Shown here piece by piece: positions 48,901 to 58,568 of a DNA stretch of 64,000 nt; within the stretch, counting starts at the first letter, position 1; each line of letters begins with the position of its first letter. Under the pieces are notes generated by a model. That model worked only from the letters and a program-made list of their open reading frames with translations. It searched no databases and was not told the origin of the DNA. Made by a program: the position numbers and the translations under genes. Source of the stretch: a virus (lineage: Duplodnaviria > Caudoviricetes); IMG/VR virus record IMGVR_UViG_3300043010_000145; one strand, written 5' to 3'.

Positions 48901-51860
48901 CTTTAACAGATTCTGTATTTACGTATGAAACTGTAAATTTAGATATTGGAGATATTACAAACACACCTAAAGGTGCAACAATTTCTACAATAGAACCAGT
49001 TACAACCACGTATACTTACACTATACCTATGTCTGTAACCTTAACAAAGAAAGATTCTACTGCGGATATTATGTTGGCGGATGCAAATTATACTTTGTCT
49101 ACAAAAACTTTGAAAGATTCAGACTTTGTTCGTAGTCAGAATGCTACCACAGATAAGAATGGCTCTTTAAATGTATTGGATTCTGTAAGTGGTACGTTTG
49201 ATGTAAAAACTTCTTCTTATAAGTATTATGATGACTATGACGCACTGGTAAGCACTGTAAAAGAAGAAGCAGATAAGAAAATTGCAGCCAACGAAGTATA
49301 TAAAACAAAAGCAGATGCACAGGCTGCACAAGCAGCTTCTATTCCAGTATTAGCTAAGAATTATGTAGAAAATAATATTTCAACGGAAGTCATACAGGCA
49401 AAAGCAGTGGAAACTAAGGCACCTAGTGGGTATGTATTGGACACAACAGAACATGTTAGTAAAGAAGTAAAACCAACAAAATATACTTTGACAGATACTA
49501 CTTTTATGTATGATACTGTGAATTTAAGCATAGGAACTTTAACGAATACACCTAAGTCTGCTGATGTAGAAACATTGAATGAAGTTACAACAAAGTATAC
49601 TTATACTATACCAATGTCTGTAACGTTAACAAAGAAAGATGCTACCGCTGATATTCTGCTGGCAGATGCTAGTTACACCTTGGCTACAAAGACTTTGCTA
49701 GATGCAGATTTTTCAAGAGCACAAGTGTCTGCTACAAATGAAGATGGAGTTTTAACTGTGAACGATAGTGTCAGTGGGGAATTTAGTGTAACAACATCTT
49801 CTTATAGCTATTATACAGACTATGATTCTTTGGTTAGTACAGTGAAGGAAGACGCAGATAGTAAAATTGCGGCTAAGGAAGTATATAAGACAAAAGAAGA
49901 TGCACAGGTTGCATTAAATGCGTCTATACCAGTTCTTGCTAAACTTTATCTTGAAAAGAATATTTCATCACAAGATATTCAAGCTAGTGCTACGGAAATT
50001 AAAGCACCTGATGGGTATGTAGTAGATTCAGAAGTGCATATTAGTGATGCAGTTAAACCAACAAATTCAACTTTGACAAATACAGAATTCACGTATGATA
50101 AAGTTTCCTTGAATATTGGTACTTTAACAAATACGCCTAAGCCCGCAGTAGTTGATGAGTTAGATGCTCAAACAAAAGAATATTCCTATAATTTACCAGT
50201 AGATATACAGTTAGTGAATCAAGATGTAGATACTGAGGAGCCCTTGATTGGTTCAGATTTTACTATTACATCTGCCACTTCTCAGAAAGATAGTTCTTTT
50301 GCGGAAACTTATAATGAAACAACAAATGAAGTCGGCAAAATTAACTTATCTCGGGAAATCACGAATAAATTCACTGTAACGTCTAGTTCTTACAAATATT
50401 ACGATGATTACGATGCACTTGTAAGTACTGTAAAAGCAGAAGCAGATGAAAAGATTGCAAATAATGAAATTTATCAGTCTAAGGAAACTGCACAAGCAGC
50501 TCTTGAAGAAGAACAAGAAAAGCTTGCCAATCAGTATATGACGAATAATATTTCAACTACAACACTACAATCTACTGCAAAACAAACGAAAGCTGCTACA
50601 CCTTATGTTCTTAATACAGAGACCTATGAGTTGAATGATGTTCCAATGACGAACTATGCTTTTGACGAAGATACAAATACCTTCAATTATGAAACAGTAA
50701 TTATGGATTATAAAGTTGTAAATAATTTGAAGTATCTTGTGGAATTAGTGAATATAGAGAATGAAGTATTAGAAGGTGCAGAATTCCAGATTCAAGATGT
50801 AAATGGTACTGTAATTGACGAATGGGTATCCTCCGAAGAGCCACATGCTATACCGGAACTCGTAGATAATCAAACATATACAATTGTAGAGGTGAAAGCA
50901 CCACAAGGCTATGTTTTAGCAAATTCAACTACATTTGAAACGATTGATGAACATAATACAAAGATAACCATTGTAAACGGTAAGTATAGTGTATCTCTTG
51001 TAGATTCCCAAGAAGAAACTATCGAAGGTGCAAAATTCCAGCTTTTAGATGAAGAAGGTAATATCTTAGAAGAATGGGTATCTACCGAAGATGTTTATAT
51101 TCCTGATTCTTTAACTGTTGGTAAAACGTATACTATTGTTGAAACATATACGCCAACTGGATTTAATCAAATGCAGCCTTATACATTCACAGTAGCAAAT
51201 GAAAATGAAGCTATTGTTTTAAAGAATAATTGCACAAGTATCTATAAGAAAACTTCCACGGGCAAAGCCGTGGTAGGTGCTGCATTACAGATACAAGACG
51301 AGGAAGGTAATGTAATTGATAGCTGGCTAAGTGGTCAACAAGTTGTTTCACTTGAGGATTCCGTAGTTAAAGAAGCAAATGAAAAGGGTATTGCATATAT
51401 TGTAAAACCTGATATTTCAGAGAATTCAACTGAAGAAACTATACCGTCTGATGAAGATTTAGCTATTATTATTATGCAGAAGGTTAAGCCAACAACAACC
51501 GAAAATACATATGTTTTGATAACAGAATATTCTGACGGTAATTGGACTTATCAAGAAGTTGATAGTAAAGGTATTGAATTAGGACATAGAGCAAATCTTA
51601 TCTCTGATACCAATTATGAACTTGTGGAAACTAAAGCACCAGATGGTTTTGAACTTGCTTCTAATATGAGTTTTATTGCAAAAGCCGATACAGATTATTC
51701 TGTAACAATGATTGATGAATATAAAGTAGAAGCTGCAATTCATAAGCTAGCTACGGGTATTCATTCTAACATTACATATATTGCAGTTGGTTTCGCAGCC
51801 ATTGTAATTCTTGTCGTTATTTTTGTTTTGCGAAAGAAAAAACATACTGCCACAAACTAG
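42957..51860 (+). CDS. Giant cell-surface protein (2967 aa): N-terminal head, ~200-aa SpaA/CnaB-like repeats, C-terminal sorting signal
   Basis: Signal peptide; repeated LTKKD..L.GA.F...ET.AP.GY.L..TN; KLATG + TM + basic tail. Confidence 0.9.
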   Translation: MDKLKRTVLFLFLGILVLADTSMSIFAAGSRAADVIWGDIRTYSQEDMPYLSDAITAGNISYSTAYQRGRSSSDTVKTSVYQSQRFSSEYSSGYFAPQAGREMAGLSSTAASTGKVSLGYSWTYNGEASYWYSNTVCWNFTNTAYNSNIFVYYKQGAFYKGEYYDVKVYYWMEKTSGLDTSYKVYSSGSVQVVVDANGDTARQACSQVHMKMYFFKSDDTNVTFTDSTDKSNNGEGYKLATYSTVPANSKAAEFKGVLCITDMDAGEGMYFKSGVASAANVYLSSNTFIRRVHSDSDMHGAFNEYYNTGYTSELDTGSLYGVVASENASSNLSTLLKEYIADGMNASTKKFPLGTSTVASTLQSGYDTGLMYVSAFSNVSPDSSNSLLGNEPEYMSMWAEFFSSYSTPTELVYFTPSSRGADIGYRGVNINYQSVVVDNDCLQTTAKKSKELAADHATAYGSYPVTNASSAYAQAQSVYGSNYTVEGIYADSTLKTKYTSEDIIKLTDEDITLYVKIIPTYTVTAKSSTGGVTVTPSSTTLAEGDSCKISWTAQTGYVIADITVTAQQTTAAYGLVSLGGESHGVTSTYTMPSSNTVTGGYVTITEKDQAATGSTHNTHRNYVVNVRAVPITTDTVESSYQYEVPVTFNLTKTDSGDSTVLLQGATYSLSPYKALSGSTSYSAVTSANSTATTSSTGKISKKFTVASGTSSTYSTSIKYIQSSDILSSYSSTAQKNLFETAYKSTYTESTVRANAESTNVTSFTNWLTSSKLVGSKIQVKYTETTAPTGYQLSSTTKTSSSATVGSFSAGTDGVYRPTTALTITATDTNTPYSGTRQEANYSCNYLVYVPITVTLTKKDAGTSDLLSGAKFSMSSAITTNSSGVTLSLTNNTATATTNTNGTLTFTFQVKGSFTKNLTYYYYDMDSLTGSAKTAAQADVNANSNVYATKDEATKAVQAAVLAEANATATKLSNVVITVSAKETTAPTGYDLPSSATTTKTVTLGTLPYDSSTTSYGTTVTSSMTVTDTATAGTTATASKTQTYTYEIPTSLVITKTDATSNSALSGAVFSVTSTATDSTKTLTSETTNTQSVTTNSSGKATYSNTLTGSFTLTTKNYTYYTNYSSLKGSALKDANNAINNTTVFKTKSEAEAAADSELATLLSSKQTDLKNIAVTFSAKETTAPSGYALDTTTHTSSSIKSSAFTTSGTKLTGSISTTMSVTDTPSGGSLSVLTAQTKQYNYTIPVSIKLTKKDSTTNDALANATFTVVSKFGSESYGNSVSKTTDENGLLTATRNITGTISVTTSAYLYYTDYSSLVSSAKTEADTKIANGEAYKTKEDAQAAADAELPNLVKAKLASSVTSQAIQAKATETKAPSGYTLDTTAHESSKVYPSNYTLSGTTATYSTVSVDIGTVTNDAAGAATAQVEATTKEYTYSIPVSISLTKTDADSGNLLSGAVFDITTKGASDTTFTRKQSKTTDSNGAITTTDTITGKFSVTSKAYKYYVDYDSLVSTVKTEADKKIASGEMYKDETAARAAMLASLPSLAEEYLKTNISAVALQAQAIETTAPAGYELDATAHTSKEVKPTTYSLSDTVFTYDTVALQIGTITNEPKGAATSTLSSVTQNYSYTIPLQITLTKKDSDSDNLLQGAVFDITTKSATDSSFTRKQSKTTDNNGAISTADTVNGTFTITSNTFKYYDDYDSLVGTVKDEADKKIASNQVYKTKADAQAAQAASLPVLAKEYVEANISAKGIQAQAIETTAPDGYTLDTTVHTSEEVKPDKYTLSGTTFTYNTVTLPIGTVINTPKGASVSTVAAIEKQYSYVIPLQVTLTKKDSSTSSLLKGATFDITTKGLNDVDFTRKQTKTTDTNGSIIVTDSINGTFKVKSKEFKYYDDYNALVSTVKENADKKIAAGEMYKTKADAEAAQAASIPVLATEYLANNISTESIQAQAIETAAPDGYTLDTTAHLSKEVTPSKYSLTDSVFTYETVNLDIGDITNTPKGATISTIEPVTTTYTYTIPMSVTLTKKDSTADIMLADANYTLSTKTLKDSDFVRSQNATTDKNGSLNVLDSVSGTFDVKTSSYKYYDDYDALVSTVKEEADKKIAANEVYKTKADAQAAQAASIPVLAKNYVENNISTEVIQAKAVETKAPSGYVLDTTEHVSKEVKPTKYTLTDTTFMYDTVNLSIGTLTNTPKSADVETLNEVTTKYTYTIPMSVTLTKKDATADILLADASYTLATKTLLDADFSRAQVSATNEDGVLTVNDSVSGEFSVTTSSYSYYTDYDSLVSTVKEDADSKIAAKEVYKTKEDAQVALNASIPVLAKLYLEKNISSQDIQASATEIKAPDGYVVDSEVHISDAVKPTNSTLTNTEFTYDKVSLNIGTLTNTPKPAVVDELDAQTKEYSYNLPVDIQLVNQDVDTEEPLIGSDFTITSATSQKDSSFAETYNETTNEVGKINLSREITNKFTVTSSSYKYYDDYDALVSTVKAEADEKIANNEIYQSKETAQAALEEEQEKLANQYMTNNISTTTLQSTAKQTKAATPYVLNTETYELNDVPMTNYAFDEDTNTFNYETVIMDYKVVNNLKYLVELVNIENEVLEGAEFQIQDVNGTVIDEWVSSEEPHAIPELVDNQTYTIVEVKAPQGYVLANSTTFETIDEHNTKITIVNGKYSVSLVDSQEETIEGAKFQLLDEEGNILEEWVSTEDVYIPDSLTVGKTYTIVETYTPTGFNQMQPYTFTVANENEAIVLKNNCTSIYKKTSTGKAVVGAALQIQDEEGNVIDSWLSGQQVVSLEDSVVKEANEKGIAYIVKPDISENSTEETIPSDEDLAIIIMQKVKPTTTENTYVLITEYSDGNWTYQEVDSKGIELGHRANLISDTNYELVETKAPDGFELASNMSFIAKADTDYSVTMIDEYKVEAAIHKLATGIHSNITYIAVGFAAIVILVVIFVLRKKKHTATN

Positions 51861-52053
51861 CAACTATCTCTAAATTAAAAGGAAAGGCAACCTCTCCTCC
51901 CACTCCGTGAGAGGAAGACCGCCTTTCCTTTTCTTGTGTTGACATTTCTTTTTTGCAGCAAAATAGGTTCTTTCGCATTTTATTTCTAATATTTTTACTC
52001 TGCTCTTATCAAACAAACAAAACCAATATAAATATCGAGAGGAAGGTTTTTAT

Positions 52054-52599
52054 ATGTACAAGAGATTGTTTATATTAACATTAGCCGTTATATTAGCAGG
52101 CTGCGGTTCAAAAACCCAAACATTTTATGAGGAAGGCGAAGAGAACAAAGCTATTTCTGGTGATTATACAGAGCAAGCAACAACAGTTGTTTCCGAGGGC
52201 TTACCTGGTACAAATGCAGCGAATACTATGAAATTGTTAAGTACTGTATTAACAGGTATTACTTTGTATGATGCAGAAGCGGTTCCAGACACTAACAGGG
52301 TATCTTATCACATGTATTATGGGGAAAAGACAGACGGTACACATGTTATCGTTCAGGCAGATAAAGATACAGGTGAAATTGCTTATCTAAATGTCTATCT
52401 TGATGCAGGTGATATTTCCAAGCAAGATACTGTTGTTAAGATTATTTCCAGTATAGGGTATGAGGACGTATCCTATGACGATTACTATGCTTTCTTTAGT
52501 AAGGAATACAACGATACACAAGTGTTTGGTTCTAGTATTGCAAGTTATTCGTATAATATGACAGCTTTTGAATATACAATCAAATCTTGTGGTATTTAA
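52054..52599 (+). CDS. Lipoprotein
   Basis: MYKR-hydrophobic-LAGC lipobox. Confidence 0.8.
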   Translation: MYKRLFILTLAVILAGCGSKTQTFYEEGEENKAISGDYTEQATTVVSEGLPGTNAANTMKLLSTVLTGITLYDAEAVPDTNRVSYHMYYGEKTDGTHVIVQADKDTGEIAYLNVYLDAGDISKQDTVVKIISSIGYEDVSYDDYYAFFSKEYNDTQVFGSSIASYSYNMTAFEYTIKSCGI

Positions 52600-52613
52600 A
52601 ATAAAGAAAGGAA

Positions 52614-55600
52614 TTGATTAATTTGGGGTGTTTAAAGCGAACATTTACGGTTTTTACAGCCTTATTTATAGTATTGTGCAGTTCTATCACTATGTTGTTT
52701 GCTGAAGAGCAAGAGTCATTAAAAAAGCAATATCATGACGCAAACACTTTTAATAAAGATTTAGAGAATTTTGAGTGGGGTGATGTTAGAACATATCCTA
52801 CGGAAACCATTGGTTGGTTATCTAATGCTATAAGTAAGGGTTATATTAAATATACAACAGATGCTGAACGTGGCGGTTCTTCTATTTATGCAAAGAACGG
52901 AAATACATCAAATTCAAAGTGTCATAGTTTCCGACAAGAGTACTCTAACGGGTATTTTTCCCCGCAGGGTGGCCACACAAAAGCTACAATTAGTTCTAAG
53001 TTGCGAGTAGCAACTTATGATGATTACAATAATTCACCAAGCTACAAAGCATTTCTCAATAATTTCGATGTTATTATAACGAATCATAATGAAAGTCGAA
53101 CAAATACATCCGTGGAGAGTTATTGGGCCATAGATAACGATATGTGGACTTTCTTTAATACTAGCTATAATGACAACATATATGTATATTATAAAGAGGG
53201 TGCTTTCTATAATGGTGAATATTATGACGTAAAGGCATATTACTGGACTGAAAGTACAGTAGAGGATTCCACAGATGTACCTATTCGTTATTCTGTGTTA
53301 TCTAGTGGTTCTATCTCAAATGGTTGGGCTGGCTCTGCTAGGAACGCACAAGCATTTACACAGGTGCATTGTAAGTTTTATTTCTTTAAATCATCTGATT
53401 ATCCTAATGCAAATGCAGATAATGCCCCTGCTAATTCTAAGGCAGTTGATTTTAAAGGTGTGTTTGGTATAACAGATTTAGATGCTGGGGAAGGTGTAAA
53501 ATTTATAAGCGGTGTGCAGTCTGACGAGAATGTGTATTTATATCAAAATACATTTGTTAAGAAGGCCACAGAGAGTACAATTCATGGTTTATTTAATGAG
53601 TTTTTCAATACGCAAAATTCTAGTACAGAAGATGGTGTTATTACTGCAAATGATGAAGAGTTAAACTTATTATATATTCAGGCTATGAAAGGCGGGGCTT
53701 CGAGTATTAACACTACAAATTGCCCATTTATTGCTACAACAGGTTTCAATACTACAACACATAAGTATGATTTAGCTAAAAGCACAGTCCCAACCAGTAT
53801 TTCTGGTACAGACGGTTCTTATGCTTTAACATATGTTGGTTCTTTTGATAATGTGAGTAGTAATTATTTATTAGGTAATGATGTGGAATCTATGATGCTC
53901 TGGGCGGAATTTTCCTCCACAGCTTCCGAGCCATTTGAAATAACTTATTTTAGTCCAAGTACTCGTTGCACAGATATTGCTTATAAAGGTCTAACTATTA
54001 ATTATAAGGCGAAAGTAGAAGATAATAATTGCTTGTCTAGCAGTAAGAAAACTACAACCGATTTAGCCACAGATTATGCAGATTATTATGGTACATATAC
54101 TTTACGTACCTTAGACGACACAAGTACTGATGGTTATACTGCTGAAAAATCTTTACTGCAAAAAGTAAAAGCAGAATATGGTGATGGTTACACTGTACAG
54201 GGTATTTATACAGATTCTACATTTAAAACACTAGCACCCGCAAGTGTAAGTTTAGGTGAAACTGACTTAACCTACTATGTCCTTGTTACACCAACCTACA
54301 ATGTAACTGCCGTAACAGATGCTGGTGCAACTCTGCTAACAGACGCTTCGGTTACAGGTCTAGCGGAAACATCTTCTACCAACACAAAGCTTGTGGAGGG
54401 CAGTACTGCAACCACTGTTAAATGGGAAGCAAAGAAAGGGTATATCATATCTGACGTAAAGATAGAAGCAATTCCCGCCACAGATACCGATTATTATGGT
54501 AATAGCAGTAAGATAAAAGATGTATCTAATACAGCGTATGCAAACAAGAATTATACATTGACAAGCGGTTCTGTTCAGATATGCGAGAAAGATGAAGATA
54601 ATATTCATAGAAATTACAAGGTAACTATATCTACGGTGGCCATAGGTTCTAAAGAAGATACTACATCTTTTGCATTAGAAGTTCCCGTCACATTTGAATT
54701 AACAAAAACGGATAGTGCCAATTCCAGTTTATTGCTAGAAGGAGCTACTTATGATGTTACATTCATGAAGGATTCAAAAGCAGTAACCACAGTGCAGGCT
54801 ACAACAGATGCAACAGGAAAATTAAGTGCAACTGCCGTTGTAGATTCTTACACGTATTCCAAATCTTTTGATACCACTAAATCATATATTGCGGGAACAT
54901 TGCCAAAGACGTATTCCAGTACAACACAGCAAGCATTGGTACAGAATGCAATTTCCAGCGGTAATTATTATGCAAATGAAAGTGCGGCATTAGCAGCATC
55001 TAAGGCTTTACGAGAAGAAGATTGGTTGAATGCAATAAAGAATAGAACTTCCAATATTACGGTGAAATATAAAGAAACGTCAGCACCATCCGGGTATGAA
55101 TTGTCTAGTAAAGAAAAGACTACATCAAGCATTACAGTGAATTCATATGCTGCCGATTCCAGTGGTGTGTATAAGCCTACAACAACAGTAAAACTTACTG
55201 CAACTGATACAAACACACCATATAGTGGTACACGAAAGACAGTTTCTAAGAGTGCTACTTATAATGTTTCTGTGCCTGTAAGTTTCCAAGTTACAAAGAA
55301 AGATGGCAGCACGAATGATTTATTATCTGGTGCAGATTTCTCAATCACAGGTACTATCTCTTCAAATACAACAGGTGTGAATTTGTCTTTAGCAAATTCT
55401 ACATCGACAGGTACAACAGATAGTAATGGTGTAGTAACTTATTCAACAAACTTGACGGGTTCGTTTACGAAAAATGCTACATGCTATTATTATGATTTAT
55501 CTTCCTTAGCAGGCTCTGCTAAAACAGAAGCACAGAAAGAGATAGATTCTAATAGTAATGTTTTTGCAACACAAGCGGAAGCAGAAGCGGCTGCATTAAA

Positions 55601-58283
55601 AGAAGTGGAAAGTGCTGCCCAAACAACGGCTAACGCATTAAAAGATGTCGAATTAACTTTTAAAGCAACAGAAACAAAAGCACCAAGCGGGTATAATCTT
55701 CCAGCAAATGCTGCCACAAGTAAAACTGCTACATTGGGTGAGTTGACATATGACAGTACTAAGAAACTATTTAGTACGAATGTTTCAGCAAAAACAGATG
55801 TTACAAATACAGCCACAGATGGTGTAACAGCTAAAACGTCTGCTAGCAGTACATATACTTACGAGATTCCAGTTACATTTACTTTAACAAAGACGGATGA
55901 AGCAAAGAATACACCATTAGCCAATGCAACATATTCGGTTGCTATGAACGTAGTTGACCCAACAGGCACTGTAACTTTACCAAATACATCTTCACAATCT
56001 GTAACAACGAATGATAAAGGTGAAGCAACAGTTACAAACACTTTGACAGGTACATTCCAGTTGGAAACTGGTCAATATAGCTATTATACAGACTACAGTT
56101 CTTTAAAAGGTGAAGCTTTAACAAAAGCAACAGCTGCTATTGATAATAAAACAGTATTTAAAACAAAAGAAGACGCAGATGCAAAAGCGAAACAAGATTT
56201 AGCTGAGTTATTGAAAGCAAAGCAAGAATCTTTAAAGACAATTTCTGTAAGTTATACGGCAACAGAAACAAAAGCACCAGACGGGTATACTTTGAGTTCC
56301 ACAGAGCTTACTACAAATGCAGTAAGTCCTACGGATGTTCAAGTGAACGGTACAAAATTATCTTCCACTATTTCCTTAAACTTAGAAGCAACAGATAAAC
56401 CAATTGAGCCAAGTATTGATGTGATTCAAGCTGTTGCAAATGAGTTTACATATAAAATTCCTCTTGAAACAACTTTGAAGAAAGTAAATGCAGAAACAAA
56501 TGACGGTTTGCAAGGTGCTGAGTTTACAATTCAAAGTAAATTAGGTGAAGATAACTTTACAGATACAGTTACACAAACAACTGACGATAATGGCTTATTA
56601 ACAGATACTCGTGAAATTACAGACACGTTTAAAGTCAAAACTTCTGCTTATTTGTATTATACAAATTATGATTCACTCGTAAGTACTGCCAAGATTGATG
56701 CTGATGCCAAGATAGCTTCCGGCGAAGTTTATAAGACAAAAGCAGACGCTGAGGCAGCAAGAGATGCAGAAATAACAAAGCTTTTAGAAGAATATACAGA
56801 AAAAAATATCACATCGCAATCTGTACAAGTACAAGCAACTGAAATTAAAGCTCCAACAGGTTATGTATTAGATATGACTGCACATGTAAGTGATGAGGTG
56901 AAACCGTCTAATTATACACTTAACGGTTCAACATTAACGTATGAAACAGTTAAATTTGATTTAGGTACAATCAAGAATGTGCAATATCTTGTTGAAAAAG
57001 TAGATAAGTCTAATACTTCCCTAGAAAATGCAGAATTGCAAGTTGTAGATTCCAGTGATACTGTAATTGATTCTTGGGTATCAGCAGCAGAGCCACATGC
57101 TGTTGATGGTTTAAAAGCAAATCAGACATATACTTTAGTGGAAACAAAAGCTCCGAAAGGGTATGCTATTGCAAAGCCTATTGAATTTACAACAGATGCT
57201 GAGGCTACCACAAAAGTAACTATGACAGATGTGAAGATTTCTATTTCTTTATTAGATGAGCATGATATGCCAGTGGAAGGTGCACAGTTACAATTGACTG
57301 ATGAAGATGGGAATGTAATTGCCACTTGGACTGTAACAGACGAACCTTATATTCCAGAAGGTTTAGAAGTTGGTAAAAAATATACTATTACCGAAATCTA
57401 TACACCGGATGGTTTTAATCAAATGCAGCCATATACTTTCACAGTTGGCGAAGAAGATATGAATATTGTTGTAAGAAATGGAGCAACTTTACTTTATAAG
57501 AAATCGCCTGATGAGAAAGAAGTAAAAGGTGCAGAATTGCAGCTTGAATCTAAAGACGGTACAGTAATAGATTCTTGGGTATCTGGGCAAGAGATTGTGC
57601 AATTAACGGATGAGTTGAAGCAAGAAGCAGATACAACAGGTGTTGCATATCTGATTGATAACAAGGAAGATACGCTATCCGTTTCTCTGAATAAAGAGCC
57701 TGATGAATCAAATAATTCTACCACCTTAGCAGATAGCTCTACTACTGTATCTGATATCGTATCTGAAACCACATCGGATACTGCCTTGGCAAGCGAAGAT
57801 GAAGATATTGTTTCTTACAATGAACCAAATAAACAGGCAAGTGATTCTGATGCAAATACTGAGAAAACGATTGTCATGCAGAAAATTAAACTAGCTTACA
57901 CAAAGAATTGCTATACTTTAATTACACAGTATAGTGATGATACTTGGACATATCAGGAAGTTAATGCGTATGGTAATGAAGCTGGGCATAGGGCAAGCCT
58001 TGTTGAAGGTGAAGAGTATTCTTTTGTAGAATCAAAAGCACCAAAAGGATACGAAGAAGCTGCTACGATTACATTTAAAGCAGAAGCTGAACAATCTTAT
58101 ACTTTAACTATGTATGACGAGTATCTCGTGGAAGGTGCAAGGAATAAAGCCGACACTGGTATTATGGGTAATAGTACTGTTATTGCAGTGGCTGCGATTG
58201 CTGCTGTGATATTGTTAGTCCTTATTCTTCTTGTTTTGAAAAAGAAAAAGAGTAAGCATACTTCCGATAATAGTTTGAATTGA
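52614..58283 (+). CDS. Giant cell-surface protein paralog (1889 aa)
   Basis: Same head (WGD.RTY, GAFY.GEYYDVK.YYW) and repeats; KADTG + TM + basic tail. Confidence 0.9.
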   Translation: MINLGCLKRTFTVFTALFIVLCSSITMLFAEEQESLKKQYHDANTFNKDLENFEWGDVRTYPTETIGWLSNAISKGYIKYTTDAERGGSSIYAKNGNTSNSKCHSFRQEYSNGYFSPQGGHTKATISSKLRVATYDDYNNSPSYKAFLNNFDVIITNHNESRTNTSVESYWAIDNDMWTFFNTSYNDNIYVYYKEGAFYNGEYYDVKAYYWTESTVEDSTDVPIRYSVLSSGSISNGWAGSARNAQAFTQVHCKFYFFKSSDYPNANADNAPANSKAVDFKGVFGITDLDAGEGVKFISGVQSDENVYLYQNTFVKKATESTIHGLFNEFFNTQNSSTEDGVITANDEELNLLYIQAMKGGASSINTTNCPFIATTGFNTTTHKYDLAKSTVPTSISGTDGSYALTYVGSFDNVSSNYLLGNDVESMMLWAEFSSTASEPFEITYFSPSTRCTDIAYKGLTINYKAKVEDNNCLSSSKKTTTDLATDYADYYGTYTLRTLDDTSTDGYTAEKSLLQKVKAEYGDGYTVQGIYTDSTFKTLAPASVSLGETDLTYYVLVTPTYNVTAVTDAGATLLTDASVTGLAETSSTNTKLVEGSTATTVKWEAKKGYIISDVKIEAIPATDTDYYGNSSKIKDVSNTAYANKNYTLTSGSVQICEKDEDNIHRNYKVTISTVAIGSKEDTTSFALEVPVTFELTKTDSANSSLLLEGATYDVTFMKDSKAVTTVQATTDATGKLSATAVVDSYTYSKSFDTTKSYIAGTLPKTYSSTTQQALVQNAISSGNYYANESAALAASKALREEDWLNAIKNRTSNITVKYKETSAPSGYELSSKEKTTSSITVNSYAADSSGVYKPTTTVKLTATDTNTPYSGTRKTVSKSATYNVSVPVSFQVTKKDGSTNDLLSGADFSITGTISSNTTGVNLSLANSTSTGTTDSNGVVTYSTNLTGSFTKNATCYYYDLSSLAGSAKTEAQKEIDSNSNVFATQAEAEAAALKEVESAAQTTANALKDVELTFKATETKAPSGYNLPANAATSKTATLGELTYDSTKKLFSTNVSAKTDVTNTATDGVTAKTSASSTYTYEIPVTFTLTKTDEAKNTPLANATYSVAMNVVDPTGTVTLPNTSSQSVTTNDKGEATVTNTLTGTFQLETGQYSYYTDYSSLKGEALTKATAAIDNKTVFKTKEDADAKAKQDLAELLKAKQESLKTISVSYTATETKAPDGYTLSSTELTTNAVSPTDVQVNGTKLSSTISLNLEATDKPIEPSIDVIQAVANEFTYKIPLETTLKKVNAETNDGLQGAEFTIQSKLGEDNFTDTVTQTTDDNGLLTDTREITDTFKVKTSAYLYYTNYDSLVSTAKIDADAKIASGEVYKTKADAEAARDAEITKLLEEYTEKNITSQSVQVQATEIKAPTGYVLDMTAHVSDEVKPSNYTLNGSTLTYETVKFDLGTIKNVQYLVEKVDKSNTSLENAELQVVDSSDTVIDSWVSAAEPHAVDGLKANQTYTLVETKAPKGYAIAKPIEFTTDAEATTKVTMTDVKISISLLDEHDMPVEGAQLQLTDEDGNVIATWTVTDEPYIPEGLEVGKKYTITEIYTPDGFNQMQPYTFTVGEEDMNIVVRNGATLLYKKSPDEKEVKGAELQLESKDGTVIDSWVSGQEIVQLTDELKQEADTTGVAYLIDNKEDTLSVSLNKEPDESNNSTTLADSSTTVSDIVSETTSDTALASEDEDIVSYNEPNKQASDSDANTEKTIVMQKIKLAYTKNCYTLITQYSDDTWTYQEVNAYGNEAGHRASLVEGEEYSFVESKAPKGYEEAATITFKAEAEQSYTLTMYDEYLVEGARNKADTGIMGNSTVIAVAAIAAVILLVLILLVLKKKKSKHTSDNSLN

Positions 58284-58471
58284 TTGAAATAAAGGTTAGT
58301 ACTATGTACTAACCTTTACTATTTTTTTGAATTGCATTTTGTAACTCATACATTAAACATAGATTAAATAAATATAAATATTGAAAGTGAGATTATTTTT
58401 CACTTATATTTTTTACGTATTACAGGCATACTGCCACAAGTATAATTTATTTAAGAAAGGAACGGTATTTT

Positions 58472-58531
58472 ATGTTTATGTATAAATTTTTGGTTCATTG
58501 TGCTTCTCCTCCCCCCCTAATGTTCTATTAG
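58472..58531 (+). promoter_or_regulatory. Candidate leader peptide MFMYKFLVHCASPPPLMFY with C7 tract
   Basis: GAAAGGA RBS; TTCTCCTC is complementary to the downstream GAGGAGAA RBS. Confidence 0.45.
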
Positions 58532-58568
58532 TATTTCAATTTAGTAATATAGAGAGGAGAAAGATAAT

